A DNA stretch of 64,000 nucleotides from Eledone cirrhosa (Eukaryota): assembly GCA_964016885.1 (NCBI GenBank), contig OZ024764.1, positions 20,832,001 to 20,896,000 on the forward strand, given 5' to 3'. The notes beneath the pieces were generated by a model. That model did no database searches, had not been told where the DNA came from, and saw only the letters and a list, made by a program, of their open reading frames with translations. Below, in pieces: positions 38,460 to 52,112 of the stretch. Within the stretch, counting starts at the first letter, position 1; each line of letters begins with the position of its first letter. The position numbers were made by a program, and so were the translations under genes.

Positions 38460-38762
38460 ATGAAGCATATAGACAATATGCCCCCACACCTCCCACTGCA
38501 AGGTGGTCGTGGAGGTGCCACGGCAAAAAAGCACCGAGCCCACACTGTAAAGTGGACATGTAGGCGCCACGATAAAGCACGCAGCACTCACTGTAAATGA
38601 GGTTGGTGTTAGGAAGGGCATCCAGCTGTAAAAATCAAACCAAATCAGTTCCTGTATGAGCAAGGCATGGTCAGCCGACCAGGCGCTGCCCACAACGGGA
38701 CAACCCGTCTAACCCATGCTAGCGTGGAAGAACGGACGTATAACGGTGATGACGATGATGAT
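38460..38762 (+). mobile_element. 3' UTR-only insertion of a second RTE subfamily
   Basis: Start matches the reverse complement of 44881-44905. Contains gttaggaagggcatccagc and a (GAT)-type tail. tatatatacgtatg on both sides. Confidence 0.8.
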
Positions 38763-40756
38763 ATATATATATACGTATGAGTATATTTTAACTATTTAAA
38801 AATTATTTTAAATGACTTTTAAAAAATAGTGATAAAGGAACGTGACCCAACAGGTCGCGGGTGGTCTAGTTTGTTACTAAATACTAGATATTAGAGGGTC
38901 ATGTTCTAGATGTGCTGGAAGAGCCATTCCATCTCGTGAGGCTCACACCAGCAGCTAGCCACCTCAGCACCTATGGTGGTATATTTATTATATTATTTAT
39001 TCTTTATCATTAACATTAATATAAAAGATAATTATATATTTTTAGAGAAGAACCTCTAACTTCATATAGCTTAGGGCTTCAGTAGGTAAAAGTCTGGCCC
39101 TGCTTGTCTTGTATTTTTTAGGGGAGAAGTTAGGGAATACGGTTATTGTGTGAAAGTTTTCTAAATCTTCTTCAGCCACTAACGTGGAGAAGATATTTCA
39201 GTAAGAAGGTTCACATCCTGACATCTATAGCTGTTAACAATGAGATTGGAATTCATTATAAAACAAATGTTATATCATCATCACTGTTTAACATCAGTTT
39301 TTCTGCCCTGGCATGGGTTAGACGAGTTATCCTGTTGTAAGCAATGCCAGGTCAGGTGACCACGTGTTGCTCCTACAGAACAAATTTTGGTTTGGTTTCT
39401 ACAGCTGGATGACCTTCCTAGCACCAAGCTTATTTACATTAAGTACTGGGTGCTTTTTGTCATGACACCTACATGACCACTTTACAGTGTGGACTGGGTA
39501 CTTTTTGTTGTGACACCTACATGACCACTTTATAGTGTGGACTGGGTACTTTTTGTTGTGACACCAACATGACCATTTTAAAGTTTTGGCTGGGTACTTT
39601 TTGTTGTCACCTACATGACCACTTTACAGTGTGGGCTGGGTGCTTTTTGTCATGACACCTACGTACCCGCTTTACAGTGTGGGCTGGTTTCTTTTTGTCA
39701 TATCACCTACATGACCAGCTTATAGTGTTGGCTGTGTGTTCTTTACAGTGTAGGCTGGTTTCTTTTTGTCATATCACCTTAGAGTGTTGGCTGTGTGTTC
39801 TTTGCAGTGTGGGTTGGGTGCTTTTTGTCATATCACCTACATGACCACCTTATAATGTTGACTGTGTGTTCTCTACAGTGTGGGTTGGGTGCTTTTTGTC
39901 ATATCTCCTACCCAACCTCTTTGCAGTGTGGGCAGTGAAATATCAGTAATGCACCAGCTCCAATATTCAGTAATCAGAAGAAGGGAGGTAGGCATAAAAG
40001 CCAAACTTGCTGTCTTCAATTAGGTTTTTGTGCCAACCCTTACCTATGGTCACATATCTTGGGTAATGACCAAAAGAATATGATTGGGAATACAAATGGC
40101 AGATATGGGATTCCTCTGAAGGGTCTTTGAAGGAACTTTTCTCAATAAAGTGCATAGCTCTGAGATCAGAGAGTCACTCCAGGTGGAGCTGTTACTTCTC
40201 CGAATTGAGAGATCACAGCTGCAATACTATGGCCATGTGGTTAGAATGTCTGAGGAAAGAATCACTGGATAGATTTTACAGGCAAAACTAACTGACAGGA
40301 GACCCAGGGGTAGACTTGAGCAAGATGGTCACATAACATCCATGAGCTTGGCTGGTCTCTCTGGGAGATCCAGCCAGATAAGTTGGAGTGGGTTGCTTCT
40401 GACAGGACCTGTTGAAGGGAGTGTTTGAGGACTCTGCCCCCAAGACCCTTTATGGAATAAGTGGGTTAATAAGAAGAGGTTGAGGTTACATCATCAACAT
40501 CAGATTTCCCTGCTAGCAAGGGTTTAATGAGTCTACTTCAACCAAGTAAGTACTGAAGTGAGGCTACTGATCTCTAGACAGATCAAGGATCTGAGACTTA
40601 TTTACATAAGGTCTCATTTGCTACTGAGTGCGCAGAAAAGTTTGTCATGATTGAAGGGTTCTCCGACACTATCGTCGGGCAAGCTTTCTATGGCTAGATG
40701 TCCTTCATATGACCAACCACATTACAACCTGTGTTGGGTGTGTTTATCATGTAGGT

Positions 40757-42686
40757 GAGGCATAACAAACTGAGGGTTGCCCAAGGTCCACATAGGTCAC
40801 GTGTTGTCTGAGGGTTGCACAATACAACTAATTATGTACATTACAACTAATTAAGGTCATTTAATAAAATATATTGCAGAAAGATTTGTTACTTAAATTT
40901 AGAAACATACAATGTACATACAAATGTTTTAGCAGCATTCATGAATACAAAGTAATGAAGTAGTTTGACAAAAAACTAAAATTTAACATGTCAACATATA
41001 CTTGCAGATTGTAACAGCAACAAATACATTGTACACAAATAACAACAGTTGAAAACTGAACATTTATTTGCTACTATTCAACCATTTTTAGTCTTTTGTC
41101 CTGAGGCTTGACACTTCTTTCTGTTGACAATTTTTGGTATGTCTGGCTGAAATGTTTGTACAGTTCCAACTTTGATCAGATGACAAGTGTTGATCAGTCA
41201 GCCTTGTTCTCTGAGAAGTTTTTGTTAACTTCATGAAGGAAAATAACTGTCCACCCACATAGGTAGAACCAAACGTTGCCATAATCTTTGTGACAAACTT
41301 TCTGATGTTAATAAACTTTTCAGGAAGGTATGAAAAGAAACCAGGTATCCCCACTACAAGATACTTTGTTCTGAGTGTAGAATCTGACTGCATTTCCAAT
41401 AGTTCCATCTGCAGGCATTCTTCTGCCTTCATCAAAGGTGAATGGTGCTGAGAATAATGTAAACTGATGTTCAAAAAATGAGAAATCACAAAATCTTTCT
41501 TGAAATTTCTTTAACAACAATTCCAGCTGACTGTCATACTTAACTCAGCTAAATACAGACTCAGTATTGGCAGTGTTTTTCAGTTCTTTGCACATAGGGA
41601 AATGAACTAAATTTTCATCTGACAACGGAGATTTCCATAAGTTTAGTTTTCTAATGAAGCACTTGATGTCATCATTCAACTGATTGATGGGTTTGTTTTT
41701 ACCTTGTAATTTCAAATTAAGATCAGTTAATTGTGCAGTAATATCCACAGCAAAAATCAGGTGTTGGAGCCAACTTTCATCTTTTATTTCATCTGTGTTT
41801 TAACCTTTTATCTCCAAAAACACAATTATTTCTTGTCTCAACAAATAGAATCTTTTCAGCACTTTGTGACATGTCAACCAGCAGACTTCTGTGTAGAATG
41901 GAACATCGGTGAGCTGATTATCCATATCTTCTAATAGAAACATGTTCAAACCTTGATGATACAGCCTTTAACTGTTGTTTCAGATCACCTGACATTTCAT
42001 TAATCTGTTCAGCAACAGTGTTCCTGGTTAATGAAATGTCTTTGAATAACTCTGCTTTCTCTGGACAATTTCAGCTGTTTTTACAAGACATTGCTTTACA
42101 AAATCTCCTTCACTGTAAGATTTCCCACTCATGGCAATCATTTGACTGAGTTGCAGTAACGGAAGTGACATTCTCTTCCTGAATTAACATAAAACAGGTC
42201 TATTGCTGTGTCAAGTTAGACTTCAATTCCTTGAGTCTTGAAACTCACATTGGGCCTTAATATTTATCGTAAGATCGGGGGTTTGTTTCATGATGTCTTT
42301 TTGAATTGTACTCTTTTGGCCTGGCGATGTAGTTGTTGCAAATTAAACAGTATATCTTTCTGTTCACCATTGGGCAAAAATACTGTAATTCCCACTTTTC
42401 TTGAAACACTTGCCCTTCTTCGTTCACTTTCCTTTTTCTCTTAGCTGGAGGAGCACTAACCATTTCAAAAACGAAATCTTTTGAAATTTTGAAAGAAAGT
42501 TTTCTGTTAATGAGCTGCACGTGATTAATGGAAGTTAAAAGTAGTTGACAAAATTTGCAAAAAAAAAATAATTGTATCGAAAATGTTTTAAATTTTATAT
42601 TACGAAAATGAAACATGGTCGCACTGTAAAAACCTAAGTGTGGGCCGCAGGTTTGCTTGCCAAGGGCCGCATGTTTGACATGTCTG
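40757..42686 (-). mobile_element. Duplicate of the same hAT insertion with a different internal deletion
   Basis: Same TSD ATGTAGGT and same flanks. Lacks ~430 bp near 41933 but keeps ~50 bp that the first copy lacks. Confidence 0.9.
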
Positions 42687-43500
42687 ATGTAGGTTACCAA
42701 CACTAGGGAGGGCAGCATGTCCTTCAGTGTGTTCTGCTACATTAACTACCAGGAGGTCACCACATGAGACAAAGACTACATTTCAAAGAAGGGTCATAAA
42801 AGAACTAAATACGAAAGTACCCACAGCAAAAAGCAAATAATTGAGCTTTGGGTCTAGGTCAAGGGGCAGAAGTGCTGCGCCCTGTGGATAAGACTGCAAA
42901 AGTATTCGCCCCGGACGATGGACAGTGACACCCACTGCAACAGCCACCCCAACCTCATGGGGCTCCCTCTTCAGAAGAGCCACCAACGTTCTGATCTTAC
43001 AGAGGAGCTTGGCAGTACGGGGTCCAAGTACTTCTGAGGTCTCGTTGGTGACCGGTGTGAAGAGACCTACAATTGATGTCATCCCAGTTATGTTGGACTG
43101 TAATATACTGGGGTATAGAGAGGCCTTAACTTGTCTCAGCCGGGCCACCCAGGGTTGTGTCATCTAGGTACTAGACAGGGGTGACTAGACCATGTTGTCA
43201 ACTGTCACCACCAATAGGAGTGAGGCGAGTGGGTCCCCTTGCGAGACACCATATATAAAAACGTATTTGCTAATTACTTTAATGAATAATTTGTTTCATA
43301 CGTAATTATTACTTTTAACACAATAGGATTTTGTACACGTGTTTGTTTGAAAACATCTTTCAAAGAAGTATGAGACAGTCTTTTGTAGTGTTTATTATAA
43401 TAAATTACTGTATGTTGAGCTGTTTTAACTTCTCCACCTTCTATTATTTTATATTGTTTTTGTAAAAAAACGAGATCTTTTTCATATATATATATATGAA

Positions 43501-43712
43501 GGCGTGTGGCTGAGTGGTTAGAGAATTGGATTCGGAATTGTGAGGTTGTGAGTTCGATTCTCAGACTGGGCGATGCGTTATGTCCGTGAGCAAGACATTT
43601 TATTTCACGTTGCTCCTTCTACCTGGAGTTGCCACCGATAGATAGTATTAGCAATTGGAAAGACCAATGGAAACATTGTTTCCTCGGTCCGATTTGACGA
43701 AAAGTAGATCAT
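43501..43712 (+). mobile_element. tRNA-derived CORE-type SINE (minus-strand truncated copies 20963-21128 and ~58877-59042; 3' part at 5297-5390)
   Basis: A box TGGCTGAGTGG (43507), B box GTTCGATTC (43552), CORE-like tgtccgtgagcaagacattttatttcacgttgctcc. Flanked by (TA)n. Confidence 0.75.
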
Positions 43713-44294
43713 AAAAAATATATATATATAGAGAGAGAGAAACACAAACATACACTACTGTATTACATATGTAAGGGGAGATAACTCTCGTTACATCCCC
43801 CCCCCTTCTTTTTGATATACGTCCTTTAAATACTTTGTTCAATGGAACCTGCTTTATTTTGTGTCCTAAGTAGATTTCTGTTTAAGTATTTACGTGATTC
43901 ACAATGATTCACGTAGAGACCCCAGTTAGTGATGTTTTTGTCTCCCTCCCACATCCTACATGCTGTAGTAAAAGTGAGGGTCACTGCTTCTGTAGACGAA
44001 CGAAATAAAAGTTAAACTACCAGTAATTATCGGCAAAGTATTTATTCCAGTCTGTGATGTTTGAGAAGCTGGGCTGCTGACAACGAAGTTGTGGTCACTG
44101 TTGGCAGCTGGCTTTACAGAAGTACCCGATGACTCTTGTGAGGGTACTTAGCTGTTCTGGCAACTTAGCCTCCATATGACCCGATCTTACCGAGATACCC
44201 GGTGATCTCTGTAAGAGTACTTAGCTGTCCTATTTTAATTACATTTACTGATTTAAACTTTCATTTTTTATATTACAAACTTTACATAATTTAA

Positions 44295-44774
44295 GCTGAA
44301 CACCGATGGCTACATCCACGTTCTGAGCGAGGTAGTAAAGCCCTGGATCGACCAGGTAGCTGCAGGTAGGCTGTACGTGTGGCAGCAAGACCCAAGCCTT
44401 GCTGTCAGAGAACTTCGTCGACCACACTTCACCTGACATCTGGCCTCCCAGCTTGCCTGACTGCAACCCCCTCGACTTCTTTGTGTGGGACGCAGTGGAA
44501 CGAGACACCAACAGATGTAGCTGCAATACGAAAGACGATCTGAAGGCCAGCATCACAAGTGATTTAGGGGCCTAAGTCGGGGGACAGTGACGAAGGCCTG
44601 TAGCTGGTTCCGAGGCCGTCATCAAAGCCAATGGCGGGTTTATGGAGTGAGATCGAAAGAACAAGTCATGAAGACAAACTGACAGAAGTTTGATAAATAT
44701 ATCTTAAAAAATAAAACTACTGTCTTATTTTTTCCTAGACAGTAATCTTGCGAACAAATATCGTCCGCACCCTG
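44295..44774 (+). mobile_element. Tc1/mariner-superfamily transposon, 3' fragment
   Basis: YVWQQD, WPPSLPDCNPLDFFVWDAVE motifs. Terminal ...gcaccctg|TA. Confidence 0.85.
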
Positions 44775-44869
44775 TATATATGTGTGTGTGTCTGTGGCCT
44801 TAATACCCTAGTCACAGACACACTCATACACACACACACACACACACAAGTAATAATTTCGTTCAACAA

Positions 44870-45995
44870 CATGAGCTTGTGGGGGCATATTGTCTATATG
44901 CTTCAGCTTGTACCCGTGGGGTGGTCGGGTCTTCTGTATTACTGCATGACGCCAGAGGTCACGGTCTTGTGTCATCGCCTTTGAGAGGTGTAATTGGGTA
45001 AGGTCGGCTTTTATCACCTCATCCCAGGTCTTCTTGGGTCACTCCACGGCTTCCATCGACTTCTAGTGCTCTGCACCTTTTTATGCAGCTGTCATCCTTC
45101 ATACGGATCACATGTCCATACCAACGCAACCGCCTCTCCTGCACACAGCATTTGATTCCTCTTATGCTCAGTCTCTCTCTCAATTCGTTTATGCTTTGCC
45201 GTTCACGTATATTACTATTACACATCCAACAGAGCATGCAGGCTTCGTTTCTTTCTAATCTACGTAAGTCTTCCACCTTCAGCACCCAGGTCTCACTACC
45301 ATGTAACATTGCTGTTTGTATGCACGCATCATACAGTCATGAACTTTTTCCATCCCATTCTTACCCTAGTTATTGTACTTTCCGAACACCCACCTCCGCT
45401 CCTAATTCGGTCACCTGGGTAGCAAGAGCTGTCTACTGTTTCTACAGAGCCCTCTCAGAGATTGGTGGTACTTATTTCCTGTGGCTGTTTGCTGCTTGCT
45501 GTCCCAGCACAACTGCTACATGTGAAGCATGCTACATTCTTAATTAAGCTTCCTGAGATCCCGCTACATCTCTTGTGTACCCATTGTTTGTATTTGGGGC
45601 AGAGGACGGAGTTCCTACCTACACCTTTCCCACATACTAAGCAAGGCCATTTCCCTGAGGGATCTGGGTTCGGCTTTCTCGTCTACTTACAAGGACCTTA
45701 GTCTTTGTCAGGTTGACTTTGAGACCCTTTCTTTCTAGTCGCTGCTTCCAAGTTTGGAATTTCTTCTCTAGTTCTACCATAGAGTCAGCTATAAGTGTGA
45801 GGTCATCAGCATACAGGAGTTCCCATGGGCATCCGGTCTTAAACTCCTCCGTTATTGCCTGCAGAACTATGATGAACAGGAGAGGGCTAAGAACAGAGCC
45901 CTGGTGGACACTGACCCGTATGCTAAATTCCTCTCTCTAGTCATTGCTAATGCTAACTCTGCTGACTGCTCCCCTATACATGGCTGGTACAGCTT
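44870..45995 (-). mobile_element. RTE LINE fragment (second subfamily), internally deleted
   Basis: MLHGSETW, RLRWYGHV, WELLYADDL, VHQGSVLSP and the PHD-like block on the minus strand. Confidence 0.9.
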
Positions 45996-46145
45996 TCACA
46001 TTCGGGGTCAACTTCCTTTCAAACTATTATCCCATTATGCCCAGTTTTAGCTGTATTACATTAGAGACACAATCACAGAGTTTTAGGTTTATAATGTTAT
46101 AGTATCATGATAGGGTAATACAGTTATTTATAGACCTGTGGTAAA

Positions 46146-46277
46146 TGTTGGTTCAGTACACCCTGGGGGATGTTAGTGTTGGTTCAGTCCACTCTGGGGG
46201 GTGTTAGTGTTGGTTCAGTCCACCCTGGGGGGTGTAAGTGTTGGTTCAGTCTACCCTGAGGGGTGTCAGTGTTGGTC
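46146..46277. repeat. 31-bp tandem repeat, ~4 copies
   Basis: tgttggttcagtccaccctggggggtgttag at 46146, 46177, 46208 and 46239. Confidence 0.9.
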
Positions 46278-46282
46278 AATGA

Positions 46283-46710
46283 TAACCTTTATAACTTGAG
46301 ACCTGTTGGTGAGGACAAGCTGGAAGTGGTGACATCTTTCTGCTACCTGTGTGACATGTCAGCTGGAAGTGGTGCCAAGTTCACTGCCATCGTGCTGTGC
46401 CTCTCCACAGGTAACAAGTTTAGGCAGCTTCTCCTAATCCTCAAGACATGCTGGCTACCATTAGTCACCATGGGGCAGATTTATAACACCTGTGGGAGAA
46501 GTGTGTTGTTTCATGCCAGCGAGACCTGGGCCATGTTATCTGACTGTCTGAATTGACTCTGAAGAAATGACAGAGCTATGATCCACTGGATGTCTAGTGT
46601 GACCATTGAGGATGATGTCAGCTCAACTGAGCTCCTAAAAAAACTGCTGATCGACAACCTCAAGGATGTGTTTCACAGGAGACACATGCACTGGTATGGC
46701 CATGTTGTGC
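46283..46710 (+). mobile_element. Old RTE LINE fragment
   Basis: LEVVTSFCYL, HASETW, RNDRAMIHWM, WYGHV. Confidence 0.7.
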
Positions 46711-49181
46711 ATTCTCTCTCAACTCATCTATGCCTGGTCGTTGATGCACATTGACATTGCACATCCAACGGAGCATACTTGCTTCATTTTTCTCCAGCCG
46801 TTGCATATCCTCTGCAGTTGCTGTCCGTGTCTCACTACCGTGCAGCATCACACATCTCACGCAGGCATCACCAGCCATTCGTTCTTAGAGAGAAACCCTT
46901 CTTTGTCAACAGAGGAAGCAGCTCCCTAAACTTCTTCCAACCCCTCCTTATTCTAGATACTATGGCATCTGGGCACCCTCCTCCCATGCTAATTTGATCA
47001 ACTAGGTATCGGAAGCTATCAACCACTTCTATAGAACCTATCTGCATTGGAAAAAATGTGTCTATCACTGCGACTTCTACTGTCAAATTTCCCTGTACAT
47101 CTACTGCATATGTAGTTTTCCCTACCTGTTAGTTTGCCTGCTATCCCACTACATTTCTTGTGTACCCAAAATCTGCATTGTGTACATTATAGAATTTATG
47201 CCAGTTCCTTTTCTACATATTAAACAAGGCCATTTCCCTGATGGAATGACAGTTTTGTCCTCTTTTCTACTTCCCATGGGCACCTAGTCTTAAACTCCTC
47301 TGTTATGACTTGGAGGACTATAATGAACAAGAGCGGGCTGAGGACCGAACCCTGATGTACTCCTGCATCTGTAATTCCTCACTAAACTCCATGCCTACCC
47401 TCACTTTACTGACAGCACCTCTGTACATAGCTTGCACTGTCTTCACAAACTATTCCTCTACACCTAGTTTCCTTAGGGACCACCAGATGACAGATTGGGG
47501 TACTCTATCAAAGGCCTTCTCTAGGTCAACAAAAACTAAGTATAGTGGTTTTCTTCTCTAAGAACCTCTCTTGTAGTTGTCTCACTAAGAAGAGGGCATC
47601 TGTTTGACTCTTTCTCTAAGTTGCGCTAGTATTCTTTCTGTCACTTTCATAACCTGATCCATCAGTTTTATACCCCTATAATTACTCCCCTCCAGAACAT
47701 ACCCTTTACCTTTACCTCAAATTATGAGAATACTGCTGCACCAGTCTTTGGGTATGACATCACCATATATAGCTTGATTTATGATGCATGCAACCAGTTT
47801 AATTCCTACTTCTCTTGATGCCTTCAGCATCTCAGCAACTATCCCCAACAGTCCAGCGGACTTACCATTTTTCATTTCCTTAATTGCCTCTTGCACCCTA
47901 TAGTCGTCAATCTCAATAGCTGGTCCTTCTGTCGGGTCTACTGAAGGTAGCTCCCCTCCTATTCATTCTCCACATTACTCAGTCTCTCATAATGACATTT
48001 CCAGGCCTCCTTTTTTTTGAGAATCAGTGACACTAAGTGCACCAACATCCTGATTTACACTGACACACTGCCTTGCAATGCGGAACACTGCACATCTCTG
48101 ATCTCCCCATCGCAGGACATTGGCAAACCTTCTACTCTCAGCCTCCCTGCATGTTAAGTAAACATGACATCTAGCTTCTCTCTTAGTGGCTGTGAATCGG
48201 TCTCTACCCCTACCATTTTTCCAAGCCTTTTGCCTCTAATGGCTCTATCTACCATGCTGTTCCACCACCAGGTCACCCTCTGTCTGGTTGGAGCTCTGCT
48301 CCAGCCACAAGTTTCTTCAGTAACATGCAGTAAGTTGTCACGTAAGAAATTCCAGTTATCGTCCATGTCATAGGACTCTAAATCGTCTTCTTTTTCGTCA
48401 TACACATCTTGAAGGGCTTCCCTAATTTATATTTTAGTGAAAGGTCTTTTAGTTTCCAGACCTTCCTTTTTCACACTTTCTTGTATGTCTCTCTTTGTCT
48501 CTTGCTTACTGAGATGTCACTAACGACTAACCTATGTTGGGGGGTTACATTGTTCCCTGGGGTATGCCTTAGTATTTGACACCATCTATCTCTCTTCCTG
48601 CCTAACTAGCAAGAAGTCAATCTGTTTCAGGTGTTCACCTGATTGGTAGGTTATTAGGTGGTTGGTAGGTTTCTTGAAGTGTTGCAAATGGTTAGTTCAC
48701 TTGCATCACAAAATACAAGAAGCCTCACTCCTTCTTCATTTCTTGAGCCATAACCATGACCACCATGTACCCCAGTGTATCCATCCTGCAGCTGTCCAAC
48801 ATGACCATTGAAGTCCCCTGCTATTATAACTAGGTCTCTGTCATTGTGGTTATCTCTACTTATTCCTTTTCTACATATGGAGCAGGGCCACTTTCCTGAA
48901 GGGGTCAGGGTCTTCTCTCCTATCCATTAGCACTTTAGTTTTGGCTAAGTATATTCTCAGAACTTATCATTTCAAATTCTATATCTATAGTTGGTCATCT
49001 ACATAGAGAAGTTTCCATAGACAGCCAGTCTTAAACCTCTCTGTTATGGCTTGGAGAACTATGATGAACAACAGTGGGCTAAGAACTAAACCATGATGAA
49101 CTCCTACCTGTACCTTCAATTCCTCACTAAACACACTTTACTGACAGCTTCTCACAAGCCATTCTTCTACACCTAATTTCT
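46710..49181 (-). mobile_element. Long decayed RTE LINE (third subfamily)
   Basis: GWKKFRELLPLL, FVDLEKAFDRVP, TWWWNS, PQHRLVVSD, GDFNGHVG on the minus strand. Its last ~630 bp equals 10165-10793. Confidence 0.88.
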
Positions 49182-49395
49182 TTAACCCTTTAGTATATAA
49201 ACTGGCCATATCTGGCCAGAATTCTCCCCCATCTTTCTGTTCAAACTGGCCGTAACTGGTCATTTATACTTATGTTAAGGTATTGTTCTCAAAATAAATA
49301 ACATGAAAATCTCATAGATTTGATATTATGTGAGATAAAGCATTTACTGTGAAAATATAATAGTAAATATAGAGTAATGTGAATACTAAAGTGTT

Positions 49396-50122
49396 AATCT
49401 AATGTCACTAATAACTACTTTTATCAGTCAGTATAATCTAATGTCACTAATAACTACTTTTATCAGTCAGTTTAATCTAATGTCACTAATAACTACTTTT
49501 ATCAGTCAGTTTAATCTAATGCCACTAATAACTACTTTTATCAGTCAGTATAATCTAATGTCACTAATAACTACTTTTATCAGTCAGTATAATCTAATGT
49601 CACTAATAACTACTTTTATCAGTCAGTTTAATCTAATGTCACTAATAACTACTTTTATCAGTCAGTTTAATCTAATGCCACTAATAACTACTTTTATCAG
49701 TCAGTATAATCTAAAGTCACTAATAACTACTTTTATCAGTCAGTTTAATCTAATGTCACTAATAACTACTTTTATCAGTCAGTATAATCTAAAGTCACTA
49801 ATAACTACTTTTATCAGTCAGTTTAATCTAATGTCACTAATAACTACTTTTATCAGTCAGTATAATCTAAAGTCACTAATAACTACTTTTATCAGTCAGT
49901 TTAATCTAATGTCACTCATAACTACTTTCATCAGTCAGTATAATCTAATGTCACTAATAACTACTTTTATCAGTCAGTTTAATCTAATGTCACTAATAAA
50001 TACTTTTATCAGTCAGTATAATCTAAAGTCACTAATAACTACTTTTATCAGTCAGTTTAATCTAATGTCACTAATAATTACTTTCATCAGTCAGTATAAT
50101 CTACTACCACTAATAACTAACC
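49396..50122. repeat. 39-bp minisatellite, ~18 copies
   Basis: Paralog of 11008-11770. Confidence 0.95.
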
Positions 50123-51063
50123 TATGTTAGTCAGCACATTCTTCACCAAGGAAGGCCTTAGTATTTATTACAGTCCATTTATCAATATAGAAATATTATA
50201 TGAAATTTGTACTGATGTATTACAAGTTTCTGAGTATCTTATAATGTTCTTTTATTATTTCAGAATACCAGAGGACATTGGCATTAAAGAGCACGTTACA
50301 TCAGACATATCCTCAATATTAACCATTTCTAATGAAAGACACTACCCATCATTTTCAAATAATTTTGAAAACACTCAACACTTTGAAGGGATTTAGTAAT
50401 ATAACTATATTTCTCAGTATTAAGCTGCTATTTGGAACATAACTTTGCACAATTTCATGAAGTTATAATGGAAAGTTTTTAGATACATATAAAGACTGAT
50501 ATGAAAAGGATAAAACACTTTTATATCAGTTGTTTCATCAACACCATTATTTAAAGACTAAAGGAAGCTGTTATACAGAACCGATACAACCTTGTTTATA
50601 TAAATCTATGGGAGAAATACTGGAAAATATTTCTTGTAAACTCAATAACACTTCTATTCTTTGCTGTCTAGAATATGTAGAAGATACAAAATAAAGCTGA
50701 AGAAATTCACAAATGATTTTGTAAGATCTTCATATATTGACAAAGATGATAGTAGATGGAACTACAGGAGTAGAAATATTTCCATTATTACAGGAATAAC
50801 TAATCAAATAAAAACCAGAAAAATTAGATTCTTCGTTTTCTGGAATTTGTACAAAATGGTTTCATATGTATATTAAACTTGAAGCGATCTACAAAACAGT
50901 TTGTATCATCTTTAAATATAAAGAAAGACCAAAGTTGATGTAAATATATCTGGAGGAATATGTTTTAGGAATAATATTATAAACATAAAGAAGAAAAATA
51001 TCCATATATTGACAGAAGAAAAATATTAAAACTGTGAATTATGTGAGAAACTGAGGTCATTGA

Positions 51064-52112
<1,049 letters not shown>

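Noticed and set aside
43501-43575. tRNA gene
   Set aside because: A and B boxes are present but there is no clean cloverleaf. It runs into a CORE-like domain and has truncated dispersed copies, so it is a SINE head.
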